IMG/VR virus record: IMGVR_UViG_3300002179_000003
Location: 1-61,618 of that record
DNA from: a virus
Taxonomy: Duplodnaviria; Caudoviricetes
Length of the DNA stretch: 61,618 bases
Strand: one strand, 5' to 3'
Numbering within the stretch: position 1 is the stretch's first letter; each line of letters starts with the position of its first letter. The translations under genes were made by a program, and so were the position numbers. Under the pieces are notes generated by a model. The model was not told the origin of the DNA, did no database searches, and worked only from the letters and a program-made list of their open reading frames with translations. This document shows, piece by piece, positions 9,080 to 17,800 of this stretch.

Positions 9080-9227
9080 GGTTGCCGCTAACGTTCCGCA
9101 AATAGCGGCAGGGCAGGATTACGGGCGGTGTCCGTTAATGTCAGCCACTATTTACGGGCGAAAAGATACAGATTGCAAACTAATACTGCCTGACTTGACC
9201 GCTATTTAGCTGTTATCGTTCAGGGCT
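9078..9227 (+). repeat. attC-like site between cassettes 2 and 3
   Basis: TAAC 9089-9092 to GTTA 9212-9215 (127 bp); arms AAATAGCGG/CCGCTATTT and GGCAGGATT/AATACTGCC. Confidence 0.8.
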
Positions 9228-9265
9228 TCGAAGTCCACATTTAAAAACTAAATACTTATAAATCA

Positions 9266-9817
9266 ATGGAAAAACAAAACTTTACAATCAAAAAAACAAC
9301 AGTCGAATGTTACAAAATTCGCCATGAAAGCGGAATGTATTGGGCAGATATTACAATTGATGTAACCGGAGACAGATCTGGAAGAATTAGTATTTCTTCT
9401 GATTATGGCAATTATGCAAATTTCTGGGGTGCATGTAGCGGTGGATTTAAGCAGTTTTTAACTGATATAAACATAGAATATGCAGCCGATAAATTCGGGG
9501 CGGATAGATGGTTTGATCTTGATTGCACACTGGCAGGATATAGGGAACGTGTTTTAGAAAATCGTAAAGACGAATCATTGACTGCTGAATTGGCTCGTGA
9601 AATTTGGAACGAAATAAAAGAGCTTGAAGATTATTCAGACAAATCTGCATTCGAGGTAAAAATGTGGGATTGCAGCAAGTTAATGCGAATGTTTGATCAT
9701 TGCCCAGATGTCGATTATGGCATAACTCCACAGTTCAGAAAATTTTGGGAAACTGTCTGGCCGATATTTGTCAACGCAATTAAACAGGAAATTTACACTG
9801 ATACGGTCGCCAATTAG
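9266..9817 (+). CDS. Cassette 3 gene, hypothetical phage protein
   Basis: 183 aa, 'ISISSDYGNYANFW'; stop overlaps the cassette-end inverted repeat. Confidence 0.8.
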   Translation: MEKQNFTIKKTTVECYKIRHESGMYWADITIDVTGDRSGRISISSDYGNYANFWGACSGGFKQFLTDINIEYAADKFGADRWFDLDCTLAGYRERVLENRKDESLTAELAREIWNEIKELEDYSDKSAFEVKMWDCSKLMRMFDHCPDVDYGITPQFRKFWETVWPIFVNAIKQEIYTDTVAN

Positions 9818-9960
9818 CCTTGACGATAACGTACCGGAAATACACGCAGGTTTTGCGTTCACTCTCATTGTAGGCTGCAATAGCCTAATTATTCAGCGAT
9901 TACCTGTCAGATAACCACTGGCAAAACTTGACGGGTATTTTTATGTTATTGCCAGTTATT
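9816..9960 (+). repeat. attC-like site between cassettes 3 and 4
   Basis: TAAC 9827-9830 to GTTA 9945-9948 (122 bp); arms AAATACACGCAGGTTTTGC / GCAAAACTTGACGGGTATTT with one unpaired A. Confidence 0.8.
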
Positions 9961-9970
9961 TATCAACGAT

Positions 9971-10150
9971 ATGAAAACCGTAAATGATCTTATTTTGGAA
10001 TTACAAGCATTAAAACCGTCACTCAGAGAATTACCAGTCGTTGTCAATACGCCAAACGGAATGCAATTCGAAGCGGCTCCGTTAATTGGATTAAAAAGTC
10101 CGTATGATGATTGGGAAAATGTCGAAAATATTGTCATAGGATACCGCTAA
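9971..10150 (+). CDS. Cassette 4 gene, 59-aa hypothetical protein (not in ORF track)
   Basis: ATG 9971 to TAA 10150: MKTVNDLILELQALKPSLRELPVVVNTPNGMQFEAAPLIGLKSPYDDWENVENIVIGYR; fills the cassette. Confidence 0.7.
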   Translation: MKTVNDLILELQALKPSLRELPVVVNTPNGMQFEAAPLIGLKSPYDDWENVENIVIGYR

Positions 10151-10197
10151 TATAATTGGCAATAACTAGAAAATAGCAGCAAGTTTAGTATATCACA

Positions 10198-10401
10198 ATG
10201 GAACGAATATCAATTAATTTCGATATTAAATATACCTTAGATTTCACTCCAAATTATATTTGGATTCACACAAATATTTGCTACAATCGCAAGACTGGAA
10301 GATTTGTAAAACAAACCAGATGTGGTGGCAGTATTGGCTATGTAATTAATGGAGACTTTATTTCTTGCACTGCACTTCGTCCACATTTAATAAAACAATA
10401 A
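10198..10401 (+). CDS. Hypothetical protein directly after the array
   Basis: 'CYNRKTGRFVKQTRCGGSIGYVING' resembles the N-terminal part of NUMOD/HNH-type phage proteins. Confidence 0.6.
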   Translation: MERISINFDIKYTLDFTPNYIWIHTNICYNRKTGRFVKQTRCGGSIGYVINGDFISCTALRPHLIKQ

Positions 10402-10407
10402 TATACC

Positions 10408-10731
10408 ATGAAAAAACTACTTTTAATGTTTACCATTTTTATCACAATTAATTCCTTCGCTCAGAAGTGGGATAGTTCTCCATATCGTTCTGCTCCGAAA
10501 GTAGGGGAGTGTATAGCAGTAACCGGAGTATCAATTCTTGGACTAAATGCGGTCGGGGTATTTGGCGATCGGTTTAATTTTGGTGCGCCTACCGCAATTC
10601 TGGGATATGCTATATGTATATCCGGGGTCTGGATTGAGCTGAACAGACACGACGGAAAGCGCAAGCAAAGGAAAATGAACGGAGGGTTTTACGCCTCCGT
10701 AAATAGAATAGGATTTAAACTTAACTTTTAA
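10408..10731 (+). CDS. Secreted/membrane protein
   Basis: Signal peptide (..SFA|Q), two hydrophobic segments, C-terminal 'IGFKLNF'. Confidence 0.65.
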   Translation: MKKLLLMFTIFITINSFAQKWDSSPYRSAPKVGECIAVTGVSILGLNAVGVFGDRFNFGAPTAILGYAICISGVWIELNRHDGKRKQRKMNGGFYASVNRIGFKLNF

Positions 10732-10742
10732 AATTTATACAA

Positions 10743-11285
10743 ATGAAACATTTACTATTATTACTTGCAATCATGATTCCGATCATCGGAATGAGTCAAT
10801 TAAACATCAATGGAAGATCCATTGATGATGCTGGATTAAAACCAGATGAGGTTATATACAGAGGAACTATCAAAACTATTTTCACAGAATGGAAAGTATA
10901 TCTATCAGATTGCAACGAGTTAGTACCTGACACTGTCAGACAAACAGGAACGGTAAAATGTGAACTTATCCCGGTTAAGATGAACGGAAAAATAGTGTCA
11001 TACAATACCGCTCCGATTGATACAGTTTGGAATAAATGTGATTGTAATGATTATAAATACCCAGAGTTTTCAGGACTTTCATTAAGTGGTTCTATATGGA
11101 CAAACACAGGATCATTATCTGTCGGATATGTAACGTCGGAATATTCCCTTTCAGAACCCGACCCAGCTAAAAACACATTTTCAATCAAACGAAATAAAAT
11201 TTGCATGATTAAAAAGAGGAAAGCATCATTTGATGACTTTTTTGAACGTTGGTGTGTAGAAAATAAACTAATCAAAACAAATTAA
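10743..11285 (+). CDS. Secreted hypothetical protein
   Basis: Signal peptide MKHLLLLLAIMIPIIGMS|Q. Confidence 0.7.
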   Translation: MKHLLLLLAIMIPIIGMSQLNINGRSIDDAGLKPDEVIYRGTIKTIFTEWKVYLSDCNELVPDTVRQTGTVKCELIPVKMNGKIVSYNTAPIDTVWNKCDCNDYKYPEFSGLSLSGSIWTNTGSLSVGYVTSEYSLSEPDPAKNTFSIKRNKICMIKKRKASFDDFFERWCVENKLIKTN

Positions 11286-11297
11286 AACTCAAAAATC

Positions 11298-11873
11298 ATG
11301 AATAAATTTATCAGCACATTTGCCGATCCAAAAACATGGATCATCGTATTACTCGTAGTTGCCATGATTATGGTAGCAGCTTCAATTTACTGGCAGTTGA
11401 AATTTACTTCTGCTGAAAAGCAGTCTAAAATTGATTCTGGAATAATTTCCCGGAATATCGAAAGATCAGCAACATTGCTTTATATGTCTGAACTCTCAGC
11501 CGATCTTAGAATAGCGGAACAATCAATCAGGCGAAAAGGATTGAGGAAGGAAATAGCGATTTTAAAATCAGTTATTGATAGGCTAAAAGGTGAAAAAAGA
11601 AACCTCGTCGTTGATTTTGAGAATAAGGAAACTGAATATAAAGAGCGCATTCAGCATCTGACCGAAACGGTTGAGAAGCGTAAACATCAACTAACGAAAA
11701 CAGAGGTCAACTCTGAATTGTGGGAATCACTTACAATCATGTATGGTCAATTCCCGATCAATGAACTTTTTGGAACCGGAAAGGAAAAAGTATTCGATTA
11801 TAACTTGTTAAGGTTAGTGGGGTTGGATGGAATATCTTATTTAGTTGACAAAAGTCATTTCAAGCCAGTATAA
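11298..11873 (+). CDS. Membrane-anchored coiled-coil protein (i-spanin-like architecture)
   Basis: N-terminal TM helix followed by a long coiled coil. Confidence 0.5.
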   Translation: MNKFISTFADPKTWIIVLLVVAMIMVAASIYWQLKFTSAEKQSKIDSGIISRNIERSATLLYMSELSADLRIAEQSIRRKGLRKEIAILKSVIDRLKGEKRNLVVDFENKETEYKERIQHLTETVEKRKHQLTKTEVNSELWESLTIMYGQFPINELFGTGKEKVFDYNLLRLVGLDGISYLVDKSHFKPV

Positions 11874-11875
11874 TC

Positions 11876-12031
11876 ATGAAACTAAAGCGAATCTCCCCGC
11901 CTTCAATAGTCCTGATCATCTTCGGGCTATTCATTATCTCAATGGCTTTTATTTCTTGCCGGGCAGTGCAGGATTTTAAGGGGTATGAAAATTATTTAAG
12001 GAATACGGACTGGAAAGTCCAAAAGAAGTAA
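11876..12031 (+). CDS. Small lipoprotein, 51 aa (not in ORF track)
   Basis: MKLKRISPPSIVLIIFGLFIISMAFIS|CRAVQDF...: hydrophobic core plus lipobox-like FISC. Confidence 0.5.
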   Translation: MKLKRISPPSIVLIIFGLFIISMAFISCRAVQDFKGYENYLRNTDWKVQKK

Positions 12032-12035
12032 AAAT

Positions 12036-12076
12036 AAAAAACGACGGTGAATGGATATTCTGCCGTCGTTTTTTTT
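12036..12076. terminator. Bidirectional rho-independent terminator
   Basis: A-run, ACGACGG/CCGTCGT stem, T-run, between convergent operons. Confidence 0.8.
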
Positions 12077-12115
12077 AAACTAAAACCAATTTATGAAAAA
12101 ATCTGTTCAAAGATA

Positions 12116-12763
12116 CTAAACCTCATTCAGAATATTAGGGTGAACGAATAATATATTGATCTTATTTCTTGTCCTGAGCATCACCGCACCGCCGTTAGAT
12201 TGATTTGCCAATGATGTATTCCCTTCGATCGATTCAAAATGATTATCTGCCAGGTTCCTAACGAAGATCCCCGTGTGATCGAAATGGCCATCACCCGTCC
12301 AGTCAAAGCAAACAATATCTCCGGCAACAGGTTCCAAACTCAATTGGTTGGTTTTCCTGAAATAATCCACACCCGTTTGCACTCCTGCAAATCCATTTTT
12401 AAAACCAATATTTCCAAGCGGAAACCCTGCCTGAGCGAAAATCCAAGAAACAAAGACGGCACACCACGGATAAGCACTTCCAGACACTTCTTTCCCGTAA
12501 AACCAAGTATTATATTTTACTTTGTTGGAATTTGGTGGATCTTCGAATACACCTATTTCTTTTCTTGCAGTTTCTACAATCTGTTCACCTTTACTCATAG
12601 TCGTAGTTCCTATATTTAGGATTTGTTTGTCGTTTAATTTTTCTGGGAGCAAGTCCGTTGTTCCTATTACAAAATTGCTTGAACTTTTCGCTGGTGTCGG
12701 AATAATTGTCGATGCCTTTGTTAAAACGGCCTTTAGCTTTGTCAATATGAGTTTTAGACACAT
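12116..12763 (-). CDS. CHAP-domain endolysin (start may be 12598)
   Basis: 'PWCAVFVSW', 'GDIVCFDW..DHTGIF', 'SIEGNT'. Confidence 0.85.
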   Translation of the reverse strand: MCLKLILTKLKAVLTKASTIIPTPAKSSSNFVIGTTDLLPEKLNDKQILNIGTTTMSKGEQIVETARKEIGVFEDPPNSNKVKYNTWFYGKEVSGSAYPWCAVFVSWIFAQAGFPLGNIGFKNGFAGVQTGVDYFRKTNQLSLEPVAGDIVCFDWTGDGHFDHTGIFVRNLADNHFESIEGNTSLANQSNGGAVMLRTRNKINILFVHPNILNEV

Positions 12764-12820
12764 TGTTGAGTTTTTAATCCGGCTCCCGAAAGAACCGGAT
12801 TTTTGTTTATCAATTTTGGT

Positions 12821-13138
12821 TTATTGTTTCCCGAACACCACAAGTGCAAGTTGTGCCAACATTTCAACACCTGCTTCAATCTTTGCCTCTGCTTCGTCGT
12901 TCGGCAGATCAAATTTTGTTTTAAACACCTCAACCAGTGCTGTAATATCTTCTGGTTTTGCCGCTTTAATTTCTTCCTGAATTACTCCAAGATTTTTAAA
13001 TGCACTTACTAATCCGATTGCTTTCACGGAGATTTGAATACCTTCTCCGAAATCTACCTTACCGTCATCACTGACAGCCTCCACTACCTTGTTGCCAATA
13101 TCCAACAGGGTGATTAGAGCTTTTTCTGTTTGTACCAT
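12821..13138 (-). CDS. Hypothetical protein in lysis cluster
   Basis: 105-aa amphipathic helical ORF. Confidence 0.7.
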   Translation of the reverse strand: MVQTEKALITLLDIGNKVVEAVSDDGKVDFGEGIQISVKAIGLVSAFKNLGVIQEEIKAAKPEDITALVEVFKTKFDLPNDEAEAKIEAGVEMLAQLALVVFGKQ

Positions 13139-13174
13139 GATTTTATTTATTAATTTGGGAACATACCCATTTTT

Positions 13175-13525
13175 TTATTTCTGCACTATTTCATTTGATG
13201 GACGTGCCAATATTTCTTTGTTTGTGGTGGTCATATTAGCCACCTTAGCTGCTCCAACACCGACACCCGCACCTAACACGCCAAGCCCTGACAATACACT
13301 CATTCCGATTGTCACCCACAAAGGAACGGCTATACCTCCTGATGCAATACTGGTCACTACTACAACTCCAACGCTTCCAATGCCACCGCATATCCAAGCC
13401 GCAGTTTTCGCCCAGCCCTTTATTCTCTCGAAAAATGGCGGCGTTGTGGTGTTCTTCCGGTCGGTTGCATCCTGAATAACTTCCGCTACTGTAACGGTAT
13501 TACCTTGTACTGTTTCTGTTGCCAT
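13175..13525 (-). CDS. Putative holin
   Basis: Two Gly-rich hydrophobic helices, upstream of the endolysin. Confidence 0.5.
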   Translation of the reverse strand: MATETVQGNTVTVAEVIQDATDRKNTTTPPFFERIKGWAKTAAWICGGIGSVGVVVVTSIASGGIAVPLWVTIGMSVLSGLGVLGAGVGVGAAKVANMTTTNKEILARPSNEIVQK

Positions 13526-13657
13526 GTTTATAGTTTTAAGAATTTACGAATTTTTTGATATTGTTCAAATAATTTATATCGACCTTTCATTGTTGTTAAT
13601 TTTAACAAGAAAGGGGTAATGTTAATCTTTATGGTTGGAAGTTTCATTTTTTAGTAA

Positions 13658-14098
13658 TTATTTAATTAGAGGACTAATAATTTTAAAGACAACTTCTATA
13701 AGTATTACTAAAATTGCAATTCCAGCATACAATTTGTTCGTAGATATAGCAGCCCCTTTATCTTCTGCAATATGCGCTAAAACAGGTTTTAGCACAACTT
13801 TCATTTCTTCTATAAAGGATGTCAACTGGTTTTCCGTTTTTGCAAATACGCTCGCCAAATCACTATGTGTAACATAGGCGCCTCTCTCAGAAAGACTTTG
13901 TTCACGGGTTTTATCAGCCTTGTCATCTTTATATGTTTGTATCTGACTTGCAAGATCCAAAGCCTTAGCATCTGCTGTTTCTTTAATTCTAAGAGCCATA
14001 GCTCTTAGTTCGTTTTCTGAAGAGTAGCGTTTATCGCGTTCTTCGTGAAACCTTAAATCAGCCATTCGCATTGCCTCGTTGTGTTCTCTGTATTTCAT
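13658..14098 (-). CDS. Coiled-coil protein with C-terminal TM helix
   Basis: Hydrophobic C-terminus; lysis-cluster position. Confidence 0.6.
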   Translation of the reverse strand: MKYREHNEAMRMADLRFHEERDKRYSSENELRAMALRIKETADAKALDLASQIQTYKDDKADKTREQSLSERGAYVTHSDLASVFAKTENQLTSFIEEMKVVLKPVLAHIAEDKGAAISTNKLYAGIAILVILIEVVFKIISPLIK

Positions 14099-14147
14099 AA
14101 TCAGTACTTTTATAATCCGGTTATCTCCCGGTAGTTAGTAATTTAGA

Positions 14148-14858
14148 TCATTTATTTCCTATATCGTTTCCATACCAGCAGTACGCTCCTGTTACAAGCA
14201 ATGACCATGCAGTGTTGTCTGTCACGTTTGTAATCGGATCGCCATTAGCGTAGTGAGTAGCCTTTAAATTAGATGCTAACCAGACCTGAGTACCAATAGT
14301 GACTGTATTATAAACATCGCCGTCAATGGTTACTGTTCCGGGATCGGTTGAATCATCTTTGATTAGACGAATAGCCTGTCCTATTTTGTTCGGTGCATTT
14401 GTTAGGGATATATTAGAAACAGAGGAATGACATTGAAATCCGTACGAATTCGTTGCATTTATGGCAGTAGATGTCCAAACAATAAAATTTACCTTCATGT
14501 CATTAAAAAAAGCTGTATTAATTCCATTAGTGTTTCTAATACCAGAGCCTCTTGCATTAAAACCAAATTCATTTGTTGCACCTGTGTTTGGCGAAACCCA
14601 ATATGTTAATCCAGTTTCTTTTAACTTATCACCCTCACCTGTATCAAAGCCCCCTAAATATGTTACCAATGTTTCTTTTTCAGTTTTAGTAGGTACATGC
14701 CATCCACTTACAAACCCCCTTGCGTCCGTAGCAGCCCACCAATTATACAATGCACCGTAACCTAATCCATTAGATTTATACACATAACTTTCAAATGGCT
14801 GAGCGTTTACTGCCAGCAAAGAAAGAAAAAGTGCTATTGATAAAATTAATCGTTTCAT
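14148..14858 (-). CDS. FISUMP (Fibrobacter succinogenes major paralogous) domain protein, circularly permuted, with signal peptide
   Basis: 'YGALYNW', 'WHVPT', 'KLKETG..W..PNTGATNEFGF', 'IRLIKD', then 'YNTVTIGTQVWLASNL'. Confidence 0.8.
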   Translation of the reverse strand: MKRLILSIALFLSLLAVNAQPFESYVYKSNGLGYGALYNWWAATDARGFVSGWHVPTKTEKETLVTYLGGFDTGEGDKLKETGLTYWVSPNTGATNEFGFNARGSGIRNTNGINTAFFNDMKVNFIVWTSTAINATNSYGFQCHSSVSNISLTNAPNKIGQAIRLIKDDSTDPGTVTIDGDVYNTVTIGTQVWLASNLKATHYANGDPITNVTDNTAWSLLVTGAYCWYGNDIGNK

Positions 14859-14868
14859 ATCTTATTGT

Positions 14869-17800
14869 TTATTTGTATTCATTCCCACCGTTCCAATACA
14901 TTTCAGAAGCATTATATTTAAAGCTAAAAGAATCTTTTTTGCTTCCAGCTCCCGAAGTGACAAACACATTTGCAGCAGACCAAGCAGAATTATGAATGTA
15001 ATTTGTGTATCCTGCAATTGTAAGAGTATATGATGATCCGGCTGCATTGGTTATATACATAGTTCCTGACATTCCATCAGTTGCGTTTGAAAGAGTTATT
15101 GTTGTATTTTCGGTTAATGTAGTTTTCATATTTACACCACTTGACAAGTTCCAAGCAATTGCTCCGCCCGAACTTGAAAGTGATTGCGTTGCTGGATTTA
15201 CAACTGTTGGAATAGTTCCGCCTGTAATTGTAATCGTTCCAGCCGATTGCCCCAGCGTAATCCCTGTTCCTGCCGAAAAAGTAGCTGTATTACTTCCTGA
15301 AAGTGCAATTGTTGGAGAGGTTGTTCCGGCTATGGTTAATGTTTGATCACCCGTGTTTGACCCCGAAATTGTCGGAAACGTTGCTAAACTCAAATCACCC
15401 CTGAAATACTGAGCAGTTGTTCCAGTTGTTATAGTTGCCTGTTTTGTCGCTAACCCTACCTGAAAATCTTTGCCAGTTACATAACTTCCCGGTGCAACCC
15501 CTGAACTGTCGGCTAAAGCAACTTTCCCTGCCAAAGCATGAAACAAAGCATCCTCGCTCGATGACTTGTCTAGTACACCGTCTGTGATTGCCTGACTAAT
15601 TAAAGCAGGTGTTCCTGAAGTGGTTCCCCAAGTAATGGTTGGTGTTCCGGCTACTGCTGATGCCTGTTGTACCAATTTTCCCGAAGTTGCTCCTGCTATT
15701 GACATATTAGGAGTTCCTGTTCCGGCTGTTCCTATTGTGAGGGTTTCGGTGATGGAGGTGGAGTTTTGGATGCCGACGTTGCCGCTCGTATTTATAAACA
15801 TTGAATAAGCGGTTGATGGAGAAGTTTTACTTGTGGAAAAACCAATACCATCCCATGCAGTCAAAGCAAGATCATTCCCTTGACGAGTTAAACTAAAAAT
15901 ATTATTACCACCAGATACAGCATCATGTGCATAATATCCTCCTCCGATAGCCACGTTGGAATCTATAATTCCGTTTACTGTTAATAAACTTCCCGGATTC
16001 GTCGTCCCGATGCCGACGTTGCCGGTGCTTCCTTTCAGATACAGTTGTGCCCCAATTCCTGTTGTTCCTGACGATGCTCCGAACCAAGTATTATCCCCAG
16101 TATATGAAATCTGGTTTTCAACTGTGGAGTAATAATATTGTTGTAAAAATCCACTTTGTGCATCTATACTAAAATAACGTGTATCATCAGAAGTACGTCC
16201 AAACTTTCCAATTCCATTGACGTGAAGTTTAGCTGACGGCGTCGTCGTCCCGATGCCGACGTTCGTCCCATTCGTATAAATAGGACTATTCGCCAAAACA
16301 GTAGCACTTTTATAAGGCAAATAACCTGTTGTCAATCCAGTTGCAGGATAAACAGATGAAGGTGCAAAATCAGTAGTTGCAGCAGCAGCAGCAGTACCAA
16401 AAGTTCTACCCTCTAAAACTGTTCCTGTAACAGTGCCTAAATTAAGATTGAACCCTGTGTTTTTTGAAAATGCGTTTTCCTTTGAAGATAAATCAACCGT
16501 TAAATGACTAGCCGCCGTTCCTAATCCTGAAAGTGGACTATCAACGGTTAACCCGGTCAGATATCCTGCACTGGCATGATTTCCCCAAAGATAAGCAGCA
16601 TAACCCAAACTCCAGCGAGTTGTATCAGGTTCGGTTATCTCTTGTTTGTTCCAATAATTAGTAAGTGTGTCTTTTGTTGCAAGGTTTGTAATATTTGGGA
16701 TTTGAATAGTGTCACCCAAATAGATGTTTGTAAATACAGGTATTTTAGTCGTTATTCCGCCATTTATTGTATCATTTCCATAATAACACATGCCTTCAGT
16801 TGTCAAAGCTGCCCAAGTCGCATTTGAAATCGGTGTATAAACACCTAATTCGTAACCGTGAATCCAAGAATGATCTCTATGCTGAGTTTCTTCAAGATTT
16901 TGACTAAGCCATTCAACCCCATTTATTACAATTGTATTGTAAACGGTTCCGTCGTTGCCGGTATATGTTCCGGTTGCACCTTCTTCGAGGAGGGTTGAAG
17001 GGTTGCAAAGACGAATAACGTTCCCCAAATTAAATGTAGGATACCCCCTTACAGCCATTGAATCAAATGAAAATATATTCAAAGCAATAACACTAAATTC
17101 ATCATACACAGTAGAAGTCCAAATAAGTAATCTATCTTTTATTGTTGGATTTCCTGTGTCTCCATCTATAAATGAACCGTTTGAGTCTCTTATTCCCGGA
17201 GCAATTGCGTTAAAACCATACTCATTAGTAGCTCCTACGTTTGGATCATTCCAATGTGCTAATCCTATTTCTTTAAGTTTACCGCCCGCTAATGGCCAAT
17301 GTTGAATCCATGAATCATATGTATCAATTGAATTTAACAGTCCTTCCAATATTATCTGAGTTGGTACTACCCAATCATCAGAACTACTCAAACTTCCGGT
17401 TCCGGTTCCTTGTGTTACATACCAGTTATACAACGCACCATAGCCTCCTATTGTAACGGAATCTCCATTTTGAGTTTTAATCAAAGCACTATCACCCTTT
17501 AAAATACCTCTTTTCAGTTTTAAACTGTCCAGAAAACATTTATCAACAGCCAACATATACCCATTATTGTCACAATCAGCAGGATTGATTGAAACATTAA
17601 AAACTTTCTGCGATGTTTTGGTTACTACTATCGGTGAAGTTCCGGTAACAGAATCGGTTTTGACATAAGCCAATGAATCAATCTTTGCCTGAACCTGTTT
17701 GGCTGAGAAAAACTCATTATAAATATAAGTTCCGCCCTTCCACATACCGATCTTGTGATTAACGATATTGTACCACCAAGTCACGTTAATTGATGATTGA

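Larger units (their letters stand above)
7847..10180 (+). mobile_element. Integron-like gene-cassette array (4 cassettes, attC-like sites, no integrase recognised)
   Basis: Each gene is flanked by a cassette-specific GTTA.../...TAAC inverted repeat of about 15 bp. Inter-cassette TAAC...GTTA segments form imperfect hairpins with a conserved left arm, TAACGT(C/T/A)CCG(C/G)AAATA. Confidence 0.8.

Noticed and set aside
9946-10137. 63-aa minus-strand ORF in the ORF track
   Set aside because: Antisense to the better-supported plus-strand cassette gene 9971-10150.
7847-10180. CRISPR array or simple terminators as an explanation for the repeats
   Set aside because: Units are gene-sized, the repeats are inverted and cassette-specific, the hairpins mostly lack terminator-type U-tracts, and no cas genes are seen.
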